DNA of 64,000 nucleotides, taken from positions 76,198,001 through 76,262,000 of the forward strand of contig NC_042998.1 of NCBI RefSeq assembly GCF_006345805.1, read 5' to 3'. This DNA comes from Octopus sinensis. Lineage: Eukaryota. This document shows, piece by piece, positions 12,401-26,457 of the stretch; within the stretch, counting starts at the first letter, position 1; the number at the start of each line of letters is the position of its first letter. The notes beneath the pieces are model-generated. The model had not been told where the DNA came from. It made no database searches and saw nothing but the letters and a program-made list of their open reading frames with translations. The position numbers and the translations under genes are program-made.

Positions 12401-15400
12401 ACTCCCCAACCATTCAACCAGGAGGCATGTTGTAAAGTATTACACACTACCTGTAGCATGCACAATCACACTTGACCAAACTGATGAGTTTACTTTTACA
12501 TAAGCATGAAATAAATTCTAATACAACAGAAAAGAGAAATAAAAAAAAAAGCCGATATCATTTTTAACACAAAAAAAGCCATATCTCCTAAATTTCAATC
12601 TTAAAATCATCCCTATCATCACGTCCGTTTAATGTCCGTTTTCCATGCTGGCATGGGTTGGACAGTATGACTGAGGTCCGGAGAGTCAGCGGCTGCACTA
12701 GGCTCCAATTTGATCTGGCAATGTTTCTACAGCTGGATGCCTTTCCTAACACCAACCACTCTGAGAGTGTAGTGGGTGCTTTTTACATGCCACCGGCATG
12801 GGAGCCAGTCAGAAGGTACTGACATTGGCCACATTCAGATGGTGCTTTTTAAGTGCCACCAGCACAGGGGTCAGTCAGGTGGTTCTGGCATCGACCATGT
12901 TTTGATAGTGCTTTTTATGTGCACCGACATGGCAGCCAGTCAGGGGATACTGGCATCGGCCACATTCGGATGGCATTTTTTACATGCCACCAGCACGGAA
13001 GCCAGCCAGGGGGAACTGGCATCAGCCACATCTGGATGGTGCTTTTTACGTGCCACCGGCATGGGTTGGCATCAACCATGTTTGGATGGTGCTTTTTAGA
13101 TACCATCAGCGTGAGAGCCAGTCAGAGGACACTGGCATCGACCACATTCGGATGATGCAAACTAGACACTGTTAACATTCTGCTATTACTTCTATTAATA
13201 TATATTGATGCAAACATGTATGTATAACTTTTGCACACTGAAATTAATATTAACTGAAGAAGGTTACTACACAATGGCTGTAACCATATGGAAAAATAAA
13301 TCTATCTTCATCTCTCTTATCTCTTGACTTTATTATATGCATTTAATATTTTTTTTTTCAATATTATGTGAATTATACTTGTCAAAAATTATTAATGTTT
13401 TCTTTTTCTATACTATTGTCAATTGACCAAAACTGACCTGATCAATCTATATCATGCTGATAGCACCCAATAACAAGTTCTAAATATAGTTGTTCCTTGT
13501 TTGCAAACTTTTCCTAAACCTTTTGGAGACAGAGCCTCATTTGGAGTTTCAGTGCCAAGAAGATAGAGCCCCTTTCACATGCCCTACAGAGGGCATGCAC
13601 TTATTTTTAAAAATAAATTATAAAAAAAAAAAGTAATTACTTTACATATATAAAACTATATATATTCTTGTAGGAAATTAAACGAACTAATACAATCTTC
13701 TTTATCATTTGACTTTTTGGCTGACAGATCAGCCCTGTTATCTCCTAAGGGTTAAGCATATAAATAAATTTTGAAACATTGATTTTTCGAAATTATCTCC
13801 CCTTCTCATTGAGAGTTCCTTACTGTTACAGGTTTTTTATTTCCATTTTCCAACTGAGATAAAAAAAAAAAATTCAATCAAAGAATTTTGTATATTTGTC
13901 ATTCACTATATCACCCTTAACTTTTCTAAAATCATAACATTGCTAAGGGAAATAGCTCAGCTACTTCCTTTAGCTGTTTATTTATTTATTTATATTTTAT
14001 CTATGCAAAACTTCATCTAAATCATATTGTATTGTCGATATTAATATAAATTAAGTAGAATTGTTAGCATGCCAGGAAAAATGCTTAGCGGCATTTCGTC
14101 AGTCTTTACATTCTGTGTTTGAATACTGCTAAGATCGATTTTGTCTTTCATCCTTTCAGGGTTGATAAAATAACAGCCAGTTGAGCACCAGGGTTGATGT
14201 AATCAACTTATTCCTTCCCCCAAAACTTTTGATTTTGTGCCAAAATTTGAAACCAATATTATTCATTGGACACTAAACTCTGCTTGTGAAGACCTGTTGG
14301 GGCGAGTGAAATCGGAATCGAACCAATCCTATGACTGGCACCCAGCAGTTGCCAGTGCCGCTGGACTGACTCCTGTATAGGTGGCAAGTAAAGAAACAAC
14401 CGTTTTGATCCTGTGCTTGAGGAGACTTATTGAGTCAAGTACATCAACATCAAATAATTGGAAATTGCAGTTGTGATCGCTGCCTTGAGTGGCTTCCGTG
14501 CCGGTGGCACGTAAAAAGCACCAACCGATCATGGCTGTTGCCAGACTCGGCTTGCACCTGTGCCGGTGGCACGTAAAAAGCACCCACTACACTCACGGAG
14601 TGGATGGCGTTAGGAAGCGCATCCAGCTGTAGAAACACTGCCAGATCAGACTGGAGCCTGGTGCAGCCTTCTGGCTTCCCAGATCCCGGTCCAACCCATG
14701 CTAGCATGGAAAACGGACGTTAAACGATGATGATGATGATGATTAATATAAACTCAAGCAGTGAGCAGGTGGAATTGTTAGCATGCTGGACAAAAAGGTT
14801 AGTGGAATGTCTTCCAACTCTTTGCCTGATTTTCCCCTAAAAAAACTGATGATCATGTGCTAAAATTTGAAACTAATACTGATATAAAACTTAATATAAG
14901 CAAGAACTACTGAAAAAGGAAATATATTTTAAGTAAATAGCAACTAAAAAGCTTTTTGTGTCCCACAGAACAAAACTTCATCAAATTTATAAAATCTTTC
15001 TGTTACTAAATTTTACTAGCCAAAACCAAGCAGAAAGACATTTACACTTGTAAACTAAACATTCTATTATATCTGGTTCCTAACTTATCTCCCTACACTC
15101 CACCAGCACCAATTCTATTAGTCATTCAAATATCAATAGCTGTAAATAGACAGTGAATAAAGTTCATTTACAGAGTAAAAACACATTTCTTTCTTTCCTC
15201 ATACTCACATATCTCCCTCACTCCTCTCTATCTATTACAGCAATAATTTTGTTATTTCCCCTTATCTTATAGACGGGTACAGAAAACAGAACGCATGGTA
15301 AGGTAATCAAATACACAAGAGTGAAGGAGGAATTCTACCAGCCATTTGTGAAGAATGAGTGAGCCAAACTTTTATATGCGACTTATGAGAAGGTCAATAT

Positions 15401-16211
15401 TCATGGTTGTGGCATTTCATTCATCATCATCATTATTTTATAGTCATCCTCCAAATGTGTACACGGTAAACAGATTCACACAGCTGTGTTCAAATTAAAA
15501 ATTACTGCCTTCTTAGAGAGGTGAAGCATCACGTCACATACATGCAATTTTGGTATGGTTTCTATGGCTGGATGCCCTTCCTGGCACCAACCACTTTACA
15601 GAGTGTACTAGATGCATTTCATCATGGCAACAACACTAGCAAAGTTGTCATGATTAAGGGTCCTCTTGATGCTCCATTGTCGCCATTCAGAATATACTGA
15701 GAGACGTTAAACGATGATGATGATGATGATGATGATGATGATATTTCATTGTGACGCCAACACTAGCAACGTTACTCTGCACAAAGCAAGACAAAAGAGT
15801 CCACACTACTTTATGTTATCTCTGTTCATTATCCATCATCATCATCATTTAACATCTGTTGTCCATGCTGACAAGGGTTGGACAGTGTGATCAGAGCTAG
15901 CAAGATGGCGGGCTGGAAGTGGGGGAACTGAACCATACTCCAGTCTGATTTGGCATGGTTTCTAAGGTTGGATACCCTTCCGAACTCCAAACAATTTACA
16001 GTGTGTGTTGGGTGCTTTTATGCAGCGCTGCACAGGCACTTATATATAACACCATATGGGCGCTTTTATGTGGCACCACATGGGTGCTTTTATATAGCAC
16101 CATCACAAGGATTGGTCTTAACACTTCTGCTGCAGGGTACAGGTCTTCTTGAGGGTACACCAAAAGGGCCAATTGAGAGAGAGAGAGAGACAGACAGACA
16201 GAGAGTGAGCC

Positions 16212-16250
<39 letters not shown>

Positions 16251-16259
16251 CAGACAGAC

Positions 16260-16320
<61 letters not shown>

Positions 16321-19300
16321 GACAGGCCAACAGAGAAAGAAATAGACAGACAGAGCATTAATAGAAGAATCAGGATGAGAGCATGAAAGAAAAAGGAGTA
16401 TGATGAGAGAAACTGAGTGATTGGGGTAAGAGGATGGTAGAGGAGGGAGTAATGGAAAGGAGTGATAGTGACTAGATATCTGCTGATAAGAGACAGTAAG
16501 AGAAAGGTGGATGGTAATCATCATCATCATCATCATCGTTTAACGTCCGTTCTCCATGCTAGCATGGGTTGGACGGTTCGACCGGGGATCTGGGAAGCCA
16601 GAAGGCTGCACTAGGCTCCGGTCTTACCTGGCAATGTTTCTACAGCTGGATGCCCTTCCTAACGCCAACCACTCCGTGAGTGTAGTGGGTGCTTTTTACG
16701 TGCCACCTGCACTGGTGCCAGGCGAGGCTGGCATCGGCCACGGTCGGATAGGTGCATTTTACGTGCCACCTGCACGGAAGCCAGTTGAGGCGGCACTGGC
16801 TTCGGCCACGATTCAGATGGTGCTTTTTACATGCTACCGACACGGAAGCCAGTCGAGGCGGCGCTGGCATCGGCCACGATTCGGATAGTGCTTTTTACGT
16901 ATCTCCAGTCCAGGGGTCCTGGCATCTGCCGGGTGCCAGTCATAGGATTGGTTCAATTTCGATTCCGATTTCACTTGCCCCAAGTAATAGAGATGGGAAA
17001 TGGTAAGAGCAATGTGATGGACATCAAGACAGAGCAAATGACTAATAAGGATGGGAGATAGTAAAAGAGAGTGAGAATGTCAATAATGAATATCTTGATG
17101 GAAAGAGAGTGATGGGTAACAGTACAGAAGAGTGATATTAGAGTACCAAAATGTACAGAACGTCATTGGAACATCATTGATTATATGTCCACTTGTTTAA
17201 GGCGGCGAGCTGGCAGAAACGTTAGCATGCCAGGCGAAATGCGTAGCCGTATTTCGTCTGCCGTTATGTTCTGAGTTCAAATTCCGCCGAGGTCGACTTT
17301 GCCTTTCATCCTTTCGGGGTCGATAAATTAAGTACCAGTTATGCACTGGGGTCGATGTAATCGACTTAATCCGTTTGTTTGTCCTCGTTTGTCCTCTCTG
17401 TGTTTAGCCCCTTGTGGGCAATAAAGAAATATATGTGTCCACTTGTTAGAGCTGGTTTGGCATTAATGACAAAAGGTGATGCTTGAAATCAAGAGAAATG
17501 AAGATATACATATGCTCCAACATGACCTGTGTGACTGAGCTGACATCAGTTAAGAAAACTGGAATGAGTAATGTTAAATGTTCAAAGCCACAGTCCAATG
17601 ATTGAGATTAAATGTCTAAATTAATAAGATCAGTTGACAACGAAATTATAATTTTCCTAACCTCATTATTAGAAATGAACACTTTTTACACTCTTTACAT
17701 CTATACTGATCATGTTTCTTATTTCGTGATGCATTTATTTGCATCACTGGTTTTATAGGTAAGGATATTGTTAACATTAGTTTAGAAATGAAGTTCTCTA
17801 GTTGAAATCAAACCCGGTAATAATGATGAAATTATTGTGTATAGTGCTCAGGTGCACTACAACTCATTAAAGGTGCATGTACAGTACATAGAATTATGTA
17901 CAAAAGTCAGGAAAGTGAACAGTGTATGAGTCATGATATACATGTGTGCATGCATATGGAGTGTGGGATATCAGGTGTACACTTTAGTATTCAGATTACA
18001 CTGTCAAATATATTTATTTATTTATATTGTTTTGAATTAATCATGCATTATCTCGTAGTTTACAGATTTCAGTGATGTGATTGTTTAATTTTAGAATGAC
18101 ATTGTAGGGTTGAGGTGAGAGGCCAGATCTAGCCAGTTTAAACATATAACAGGTTAGATATTTTGGCTGAATATGGCCAGTTTGAATGCCATAGGAATAA
18201 GCCAATCAGAACATAGTTATCATCATCATCATTTAATGTTCACTTTTCTACACTTGCATAGGTCAGACAGAATCTGTTGAGGCATATCTTATATGACTGA
18301 GTACTGTTCATGTTGCCAATCCTCACCTGTTTTGAAGTAAAGTAATATTTCCCCATGGCCAAGCATATTTTTCATGTAAGAATGAGAAATAAACAACACT
18401 ACTTGTATGTTGGAGATGCTTGTTTACAATCATTACATGATGTCAAGTCAAGAATGCACCACATATGAGGGACTTCTTTTAGCCTCTACCTACAAAATCC
18501 ACTGACAAGAAAGGCTTAGGTTAGCTTGGCTTCGGTTAGAATATACTTGCCCAATGTACATGCAGTGGAACTGAACCTGAGAGCACATGGTTAAAAAGCA
18601 AGCTTTTTAATCACACAGCCATATCTGCACCTAATACCAAACCTACACCTATAGCAATATCTGTGCCAATCAAAACAGTGTAGATGTGAATATCAAACAC
18701 ATTTCTATCTCCAAAAATAGGGTTAACAACTCCAAAAATTATAATATTAATGGTTGATAAAAAAGCAGATGTAAAATCATGATGATGATAATGATGCGAT
18801 GGTATTGATGATAGTGGTGAAGATGATGAAGGTAATAAAAGCCTAAATTCTTTGAGACAAAGTTATAGTTTTAAGAACGTCAGACTTTCAGAGAGGCATT
18901 TTAGTTGTAGGATTAACAGTGTAGTGAAATAAGTTATCTTTGTATTTTGATATTATTATCTGTTAAGGTTTTAATTGCCAAAGCTGATATTGCCTGTGCT
19001 TGTGCCATGTAAAAAGCACTAAGTCCACTCCGCTGAGTAGTTGGTATTAGGAAGGGCATCCAGCTGTAAAAATCCTGTCAAAACACTCACAGAAGTCTGG
19101 TGCAGGTTTCTGCCTGACTGGCTCTTGTGAAACCATCCCACTCATGCTAGCAGGGAAGGTGGATGTTAAACAATGATGATGATGATAAATACCATGTTTT
19201 CATGAGAGGATACACTGTAAACATTTAAGATGACGGCTCATAATAGTAACTAATATTACCAGTGCACAGTATCTAAAGTTTAGCAGACATTTAGAGCTTT

Positions 19301-22300
19301 GTGTTCAGCTTAAAAGTGGTTGCAAGTTATGAGGTTTAATAGAAAAAGAGGTAAAAAGATATAATTAGCAGTGGTCAAGAAGATCCATTGTCTTGGAATA
19401 TACAATGAGATCGTCAATCTTGACACATTTGATGCACAACCACTTGTTTGTCTACATCCAGTCTTAACTGAACCCAGAAAGAAATCTATGTATGATAATC
19501 ACTAAGATTTCAAGTTGAAGCTATAAATCAACTGAATTGTTCAGCAAAAAATAATCAGCAAATTACTAAGAAACAGATGATAGTTTGTATTATTAGCATG
19601 AATCAATATGGGGGAAATACAAATACAAAAAAAAAGTGGGGGAGAAAAGAATGTTAATTGGAGCGCCAAGGATTCATAGCCACTTCAACCTACCAGCTAT
19701 TCAGACAGTTGGGTATCAAAGGACACAGAAGAACTGCCACAATCAAATGCTTGTCCAATGTTGTTGAAAAGAGCTCAGTGTGGATATGGGTAAAGAAAAA
19801 TGATCAATAGATCAAGTTATAGATTCCATTGGTTATTTACAGTAAATATAAGGAAGAAGAGAACTAATTACTTTGATGATCAGTGTGGCATAGTTGTTGG
19901 AAACACAGACCTGGGAACAGATCAGAAAAAGAATGACCCAGGTTTGAATCCTGCTTGAGACAGGATTTTGGAAAGCAGCAAGAGGACACCTAGGAGCCAT
20001 GATCTGGGTGGGCCCGGCTCCCACAGAGTGTCAGGAATAAGGGCTGAAACACTTGTTGGGTGGGAGTTCTTCCTCTGAAGATCTCTCCTGCTGTGCACTT
20101 GCCTTGTGGCAAGTTTCTGATACTGATTTTTTTTCATGTCAATATTTTTACATTAACTTTCATTCTAATATGTTTCCACCAAAAGGCATTTTGCATTTGG
20201 TTTTAACTCTTTAGCATTCAGTTTACCCTGCCAAATGTAATACTTATTTATTCATATTGTTTTGAATTAATCATGCAGTATCTTGTAGCAGTGAGATGTT
20301 GATGATATGATTGCTTATTTGTAGTGACATAGAAGAATTGGTTTGAGAGGTTGGATATAAACAGTTTGAACATAAATTAAGTTGAATATTTGAGCTAATT
20401 ATGGCTGGTTTAAATGCTAACGGGTTAAAGTATAATTGACATAGATTCACTTGGGAATAAAAATAAGTACAAAAGAAACAGAAAAAAAAATGTCCCACTA
20501 TAAAGCATTTCTAACTTGAAAGAAAAGAAAAGAAAAATTGAAGATACTTACTCAAACTATATTCGAGATCCTGCAGCTGATGACTCATTTCCAGAGCAAA
20601 CAATTTCAAATTTTCTATCTTCAAATCACTAGAAATCTTAATGTAAAACAGAAACATGTGAGCACAGAAAATTTGAGAGAAGTTATGAGAGAACAAATAT
20701 CTGATCAGAGACAAAGAGGAAAGGGAGTTTGTGTAAAAGATAAATACATACCAAAGAAACTAAACTGACTTTATCAGAATATAAGGATATTTTTACAAGA
20801 TTATGAATGGCTGGAGATAATAAGGGTGGTGAATTTGTAGCATGAAGTATAGATTACTTTTGCATATAATATATGTATTTATTATTATGATTATACATAA
20901 TGAAATGGAAACAAATTTAACTTGAAATAATTCAGAAAGGTGATGTACTGAATGATGTATGCAAAAATCTTTAAATGAATTGAAATTTACCTCTTATTTT
21001 GGGAGAAAAAACAAAAATATAGTGGTAATTCTTGGATCCGCTCCAAGAAAAGGAGAGATAATTTTCAGAGATGAATTTTCATGCTTAGTGGGAAAATTTT
21101 ATCTTTGTTAATTAGTTGGGCGACAATTTTGTTAAAAGTATGATCAGAAAAAGAGTAGGAAGTAGTAGCAATGTGAGATAGTCACATAGTTTACAATGGA
21201 ATGAGGGAAACAAGTAGTTAGAAAGATAGTAGGAACTCAGTGTTATCTACTTGTCTTGATAAGTAACTAGTTCTCAAAGAAATTTTTCCATAATCTAAAC
21301 AAATCAAAATCATCTCAAAATAACATATGAAGTGAAAAATCTGGGTCCAAGAACTCATGGGTAAAACAGAGAGGATTAAAAAAACAAATTGTATAAGACT
21401 GCTTGCAATGGTGTGGTGAGCTTGCTCATTCTGTCTCTGTCTCACACAAACTTTCACCCTTATCATTCTCAGACAACAACATATACACAATGTACATTGT
21501 ATTATCCATTTAAAAATAATGTTGAAAAGTTTGTATGCATAATTTACCCTTTACCAAGGAAATACAATACAATATTTTTTTAACTGTTTCAAATTAAATT
21601 TGTGCCTATGAAATATTCATATATTATGCTCTATGAATTGGATTGTTAATTTTTATGAGGTTTGAAAATATAGAATCAAGAGGTTTTAAAGTAAACCTAG
21701 CAAACACAAAGGTTTTACTAAGTAAGAAAGCAGACAGGATCTTGGAACCTCCAGGGAAATGACCGTATCCAAAATGTAGAGAAGAACAAACATAAATTCC
21801 ATTTGCTGCATGCAATGTAAGCCATGGACACATACGTAGTGGAATCACGGGCTGGCAATCAGAGAAAGTAAGCATCATATGTGATAGATACACTGGAGCA
21901 GTACATCCTGTGAATGCATCAGAAGATTCTCCTACATGCTCAGATAGCTCATTAGAAGTGGTTGATAGCTTTTGTTACCTAAGAGATGAAAGTATAGTAG
22001 CTAGAGTAAGAATGGGTTAGAGAAAATTCAGGAAGCTTCTATTACTGCTGACAACAGAGTAAAGGGCAGATTGTATTATGCTTGTGTTAGAACTGTGATG
22101 CTAAATGATAGTGAGACATGGGCCCTGTATGCAAAGGATTTGAGAAGATTGGAAAGAAATGAAGCACACATGGTCCATTGGATGTGCAATGTAAATGTGC
22201 ATCAATGACATAGTATAAATGTACTGAGAGAAAAACTAGGCACAAGAGGAATCAAATGTAGTGTGCAAGAAAGAAGACTGTACTAGTATGGTTATGAAAT

Positions 22301-25300
22301 GTATATGGATGAGGGCAGCTATATAAAAATTACTGATTATGATGCGAATAAAGCTTGCAGAAACAGGAGGTCCAAGAAATGAGATGAAGTGATGACAGAG
22401 GTGACAACAAAGGACTGGTATGACTGGCAACATGCAGCTTTCAAGAGGACCTACCCGCCTCAGTGAAACTGAAGTTATGTTTGAGCTGTGTGTGTGTGTG
22501 TGTGTACGTGTACATGCATGTGTACAACTGGACCCTTGGTCAAATTTTCATCCTCCCAAGATACTTCCATCACCTCAACATCTTCAGTTCTTCTTGATAC
22601 CACTTACTTTTCTTACTGCCCTGAATCATCTCACATGTTATTCACTCTTCATTCATTAAAAATGTTCTCCCCACCCCTCCTTCTCCCATCATCTTTATCA
22701 TCATCATCATCATCACAATCAAGATCATCTTTTATCGTCCATCTTCCATACTGGCATAGGTTGGACAGTTTTACAAGATGCAACAAGTTCAATGCTCCAA
22801 TGTCAGCTTTTGAATGGTTTCTATGGCTGGATGCCCTTCCTGAGACCAACCATTTTACAGAGTGTAAAGGGTGCTTTTTTTTTCATAGCATCAGTACAAG
22901 TGAGGTTGCCATACAGCTTGCAGGACTAAGATCCCCTTTCAATGAATGAATGGGGCTACAATAGAGGAAAGCTGCTTCATGCAATAAGATGAGAGATTAA
23001 AGCATGAAAGAAGAGGCCAGAACAGGTTTCTTGCGGTGGATGAACAACATAGCTACTCATATTATAGAAGTATGGATGGGAGTAACCAGAGTAGAGCAAG
23101 GTTAAACAGTGGAAATAAAAAGTGTCAGGGAGGACTCTGAAGGTACAAGAAGGTGAAAAGAGGTGAGTGGGGACAGAAGAACAGTGAGTGACAGAGGGTA
23201 GACGTTGAAAGAGTATATCAGAAGAGCAAGGCATGATTAGAGATGGAAAATGGGTGAGGGGATGGGGAGCAAATTCAATGCAGAATAAGGGTTGAAGAGA
23301 GGTTGATGATAAATACATGGGGGGAAGGGAAAGCAGTATGAGAAAGATAACTGGTATCACAGAACAAGATGATGCATTTAATTGCAGCAGCAGAACACTG
23401 CAGTTATGAAGGTAATGGAAGAGAGAGTCAGAGAGAGAGATGATGATTGGTAGAAAAGGTGCAGTTGTATGTATGTGGAAGTTAAAACAATGATGATACA
23501 TAATCTGAGACCAACATTGCACTGTATCTATAAGTAAGTCACTTAGCTTTTATTTGCGCAGTCTACTGTCAATGTTAAGAATGCTGTTTCAGCAAACTGG
23601 GATCTATATCATTTGCCAAGTGTTTCTATACAATGATAATAAACTTGAAATAAAAACAACCTGTTTTTCATTATATTTAAAATGTTAAAAATAAACAAAT
23701 CATGTATATTTTAACTGAATTTGGAGATTTAATGAGTGTTGATTAATTTTTTTTAATATTTTGAAATATTACTTACTTTAGAAAAAGCTTTATGGATTTC
23801 TTTATAAAATGTTATCAGTTTCCTGAAAAATAAATATTTGGTCAGAATATTTAAGGATATGTTTCTTTTGAAAAAATTTAAATATACAAAAGAAAATATA
23901 TTTAAATTCAGATGTAATTTTAGAGACATATCGTTTTATATTGATGTTAGCAACCTCAAAATGATAGGGCCTTCTCTGATTACTATATAACCTTCTTAAA
24001 CTACAATAACAATTTCTCTAGTAGTTATATGGTTTTCAGAAGGGGAGAGGGATAAATTATATTGATGTTGTAAGTGTGAAATTTTAATGCCAGTAATAGA
24101 ATTGAACTTGTGCTAGGGATCAGGAATTCTGTGCTTGAACAAGCTGCACTGTTTCCTTGGCTACAGACTGTATAAGGGCACTTTACAATAACGGAATGTA
24201 GGTCTCCTGTGATCTAAATTTGAATCTAATATTCTAAAAGAAACTAATATTCTTGATATAGCTATTAAGAAGCAGTACTTACTTGGAGTCAGGTGAGACA
24301 TATGCCATACAAAATGGTCTAACATAACCGCGGGCTTGTAAATCATATAAAAGAAAATGGTAGACCTGAAGAATAATATTAACATACTTTAGCAAGTTAT
24401 ATTATTACCATTATTGTTAACAAAAAACTGAAAGAATTTTTTTTAGCCTTAACTGTAAAATGTTAAATATTAATTAATAATGGTACAAATAGATTCTCTA
24501 CCCATACTACTAAAACTAACAACAATCAAAGTTTAATTTCATTAAACTGCACTGAGTTCTAATAACTTTTTTTAAAAAACGTATGTCCTTGGCGTTTTAT
24601 CCATAATCACCATTAATATTCACTTTTACATGCTTGCATGAGTTAGATGGAGTTAATTGAGATAGATTTTCTTTGGCTGGATGCTCTTCAAGTTACCAAC
24701 ACTCACCTGTTTCCAAGCAAGGTAATATTTGCCATGATCAGACATATTCTCACAGAATATTAGAAATGAACGACACTGCTTGTATGAACTGCTTGTATGA
24801 CAGTGACAATCATTTACAACTATCATGCGATATTAAGACACACACACACACACACACAAATATATATACAATGAGCTTCTTTCAGATTTTGTCTACCAAA
24901 TCCATTCAAAAGGTGTTTTTCTAAGCAACAGATATTAAGAATGTTAACTTCAATGGTGAGTAAATCCTAGAATCAGAGGAAACAAGTGAGAGTCTGTGTG
25001 AACAACAATAAGTGAAAAGTAAAGTTTTCAGAATGTTCAATAAGTTATGAAGAGCAGAAAGTCTAATATTTTGGACACTTGCTCTTCATCAGGAAATAGA
25101 CAAAAAAGGTAAAGGACTTGTTGGCCTAGTTGGCAATACAAGTAGATGGCAACCATAACTCTATGCACTCCGAATTCAAATTCTACCAAAATAAATTTTG
25201 CCTTTCATGCTTTTGGGATTAGTAAAAAAAATACCAATCCAAGGCAATGGTAGATGAAATTGTAAGAGGTTCTGACTGGATGCCTTGTGGTAACTTGAAT

Positions 25301-25830
25301 TCTGAGTTCAAATACAGCCTGACCTACTTGGCCTCTTAAAATGCAAAGCATCTGTGCAATACTTCTAAAACTACTCATGACTAAAATAATTTGAGAGGAA
25401 TTGGTGAATTAATACAATTTTCTTTGACTTGGTGAATCATAGTAGAAGGTGGTGGTGCTATCTTTTCTTCATAGATGTTTCCCAACTAATTACACAGCTC
25501 TAAATACCCATAGATCTGAGGTTTTGAAAATTACTGTTATATTTCTGTAGTTTTCTTAATGAAATAGTTTAATATGTAAGAACACTGCCCCATTATAGAA
25601 TTTTTAGCAAATTAAAAGTGAAGCAGAGTGTTTAAGTTTATTTACTCACATATGCCGAAACTCCTTCTGCTATATCAGTAAAGAGAACTTGTTTATCTTC
25701 CATTAATGTGAAGTTATTGCATAAAATACTAGGGAAAAAAAGAAAAAAAAAGCATTTACAAAACATACCAAAACCAATATATTGGTTTAACATAACTATT
25801 AAAAAATTAATTCTGGTGGGTAGAAGCATC

Positions 25831-25908
<78 letters not shown>

Positions 25909-26426
25909 TAGGGGAGAAAAAATGAGTTAAAAAAAATAATTCAAACTTTTGGGGGATTTAAAAAGATAGAAAAAAATGTTGCATCAGAAATAGATTTATT
26001 ACAAAACTGAAAAAATCTATTTCTGATTCAACATTTTTTCTCCATTTTTTAATACTTGTTTATGGTATATTTCTATACCTATAACAAAACTCTTCAAAGA
26101 AAAAATATATATATATATATATTATTATGGTAGTTTTGACTTTCAGAGTCCCTCATAGCATAAGGCATTTATGTGTATTAGTGCCCTTAATATAAATAAA
26201 TATATTTAAAGGGAATAATTATAATTTTTCCCTTTTTGAGGTTTTTCACGCTGACTACTTGATAAATCTTATAAAGATTTTATCATATTTTTAAATCTTA
26301 AAATTTATATATATATATACATACATACATATATATACACACACAAACATACATACACACACGTGCACACACACACACACACACACACCACACACACACA
26401 CACACATACATACATACATACATACA

Positions 26427-26457
<31 letters not shown>

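Noticed and set aside
12770-13160. CRISPR-like repeat-spacer appearance
   Set aside because: Eukaryotic context, no cas genes; the intervening parts are homologous to each other and the array is embedded in a dispersed retroelement tail.
15950-16536. Several 65-148 aa ORFs
   Set aside because: Translations of the (AG)n/(ACAG)n microsatellite and repeat tails.
19400-19480. HPVLTEP motif reminiscent of actin HPVLLTEAP
   Set aside because: Flanking residues do not match actin; short chance similarity.
21250-21295. Segment reading IMEKF after a good acceptor, resembling SMCR8 IMQQF
   Set aside because: Stops in the relevant frames; the true bridging exon is 23777..23822.
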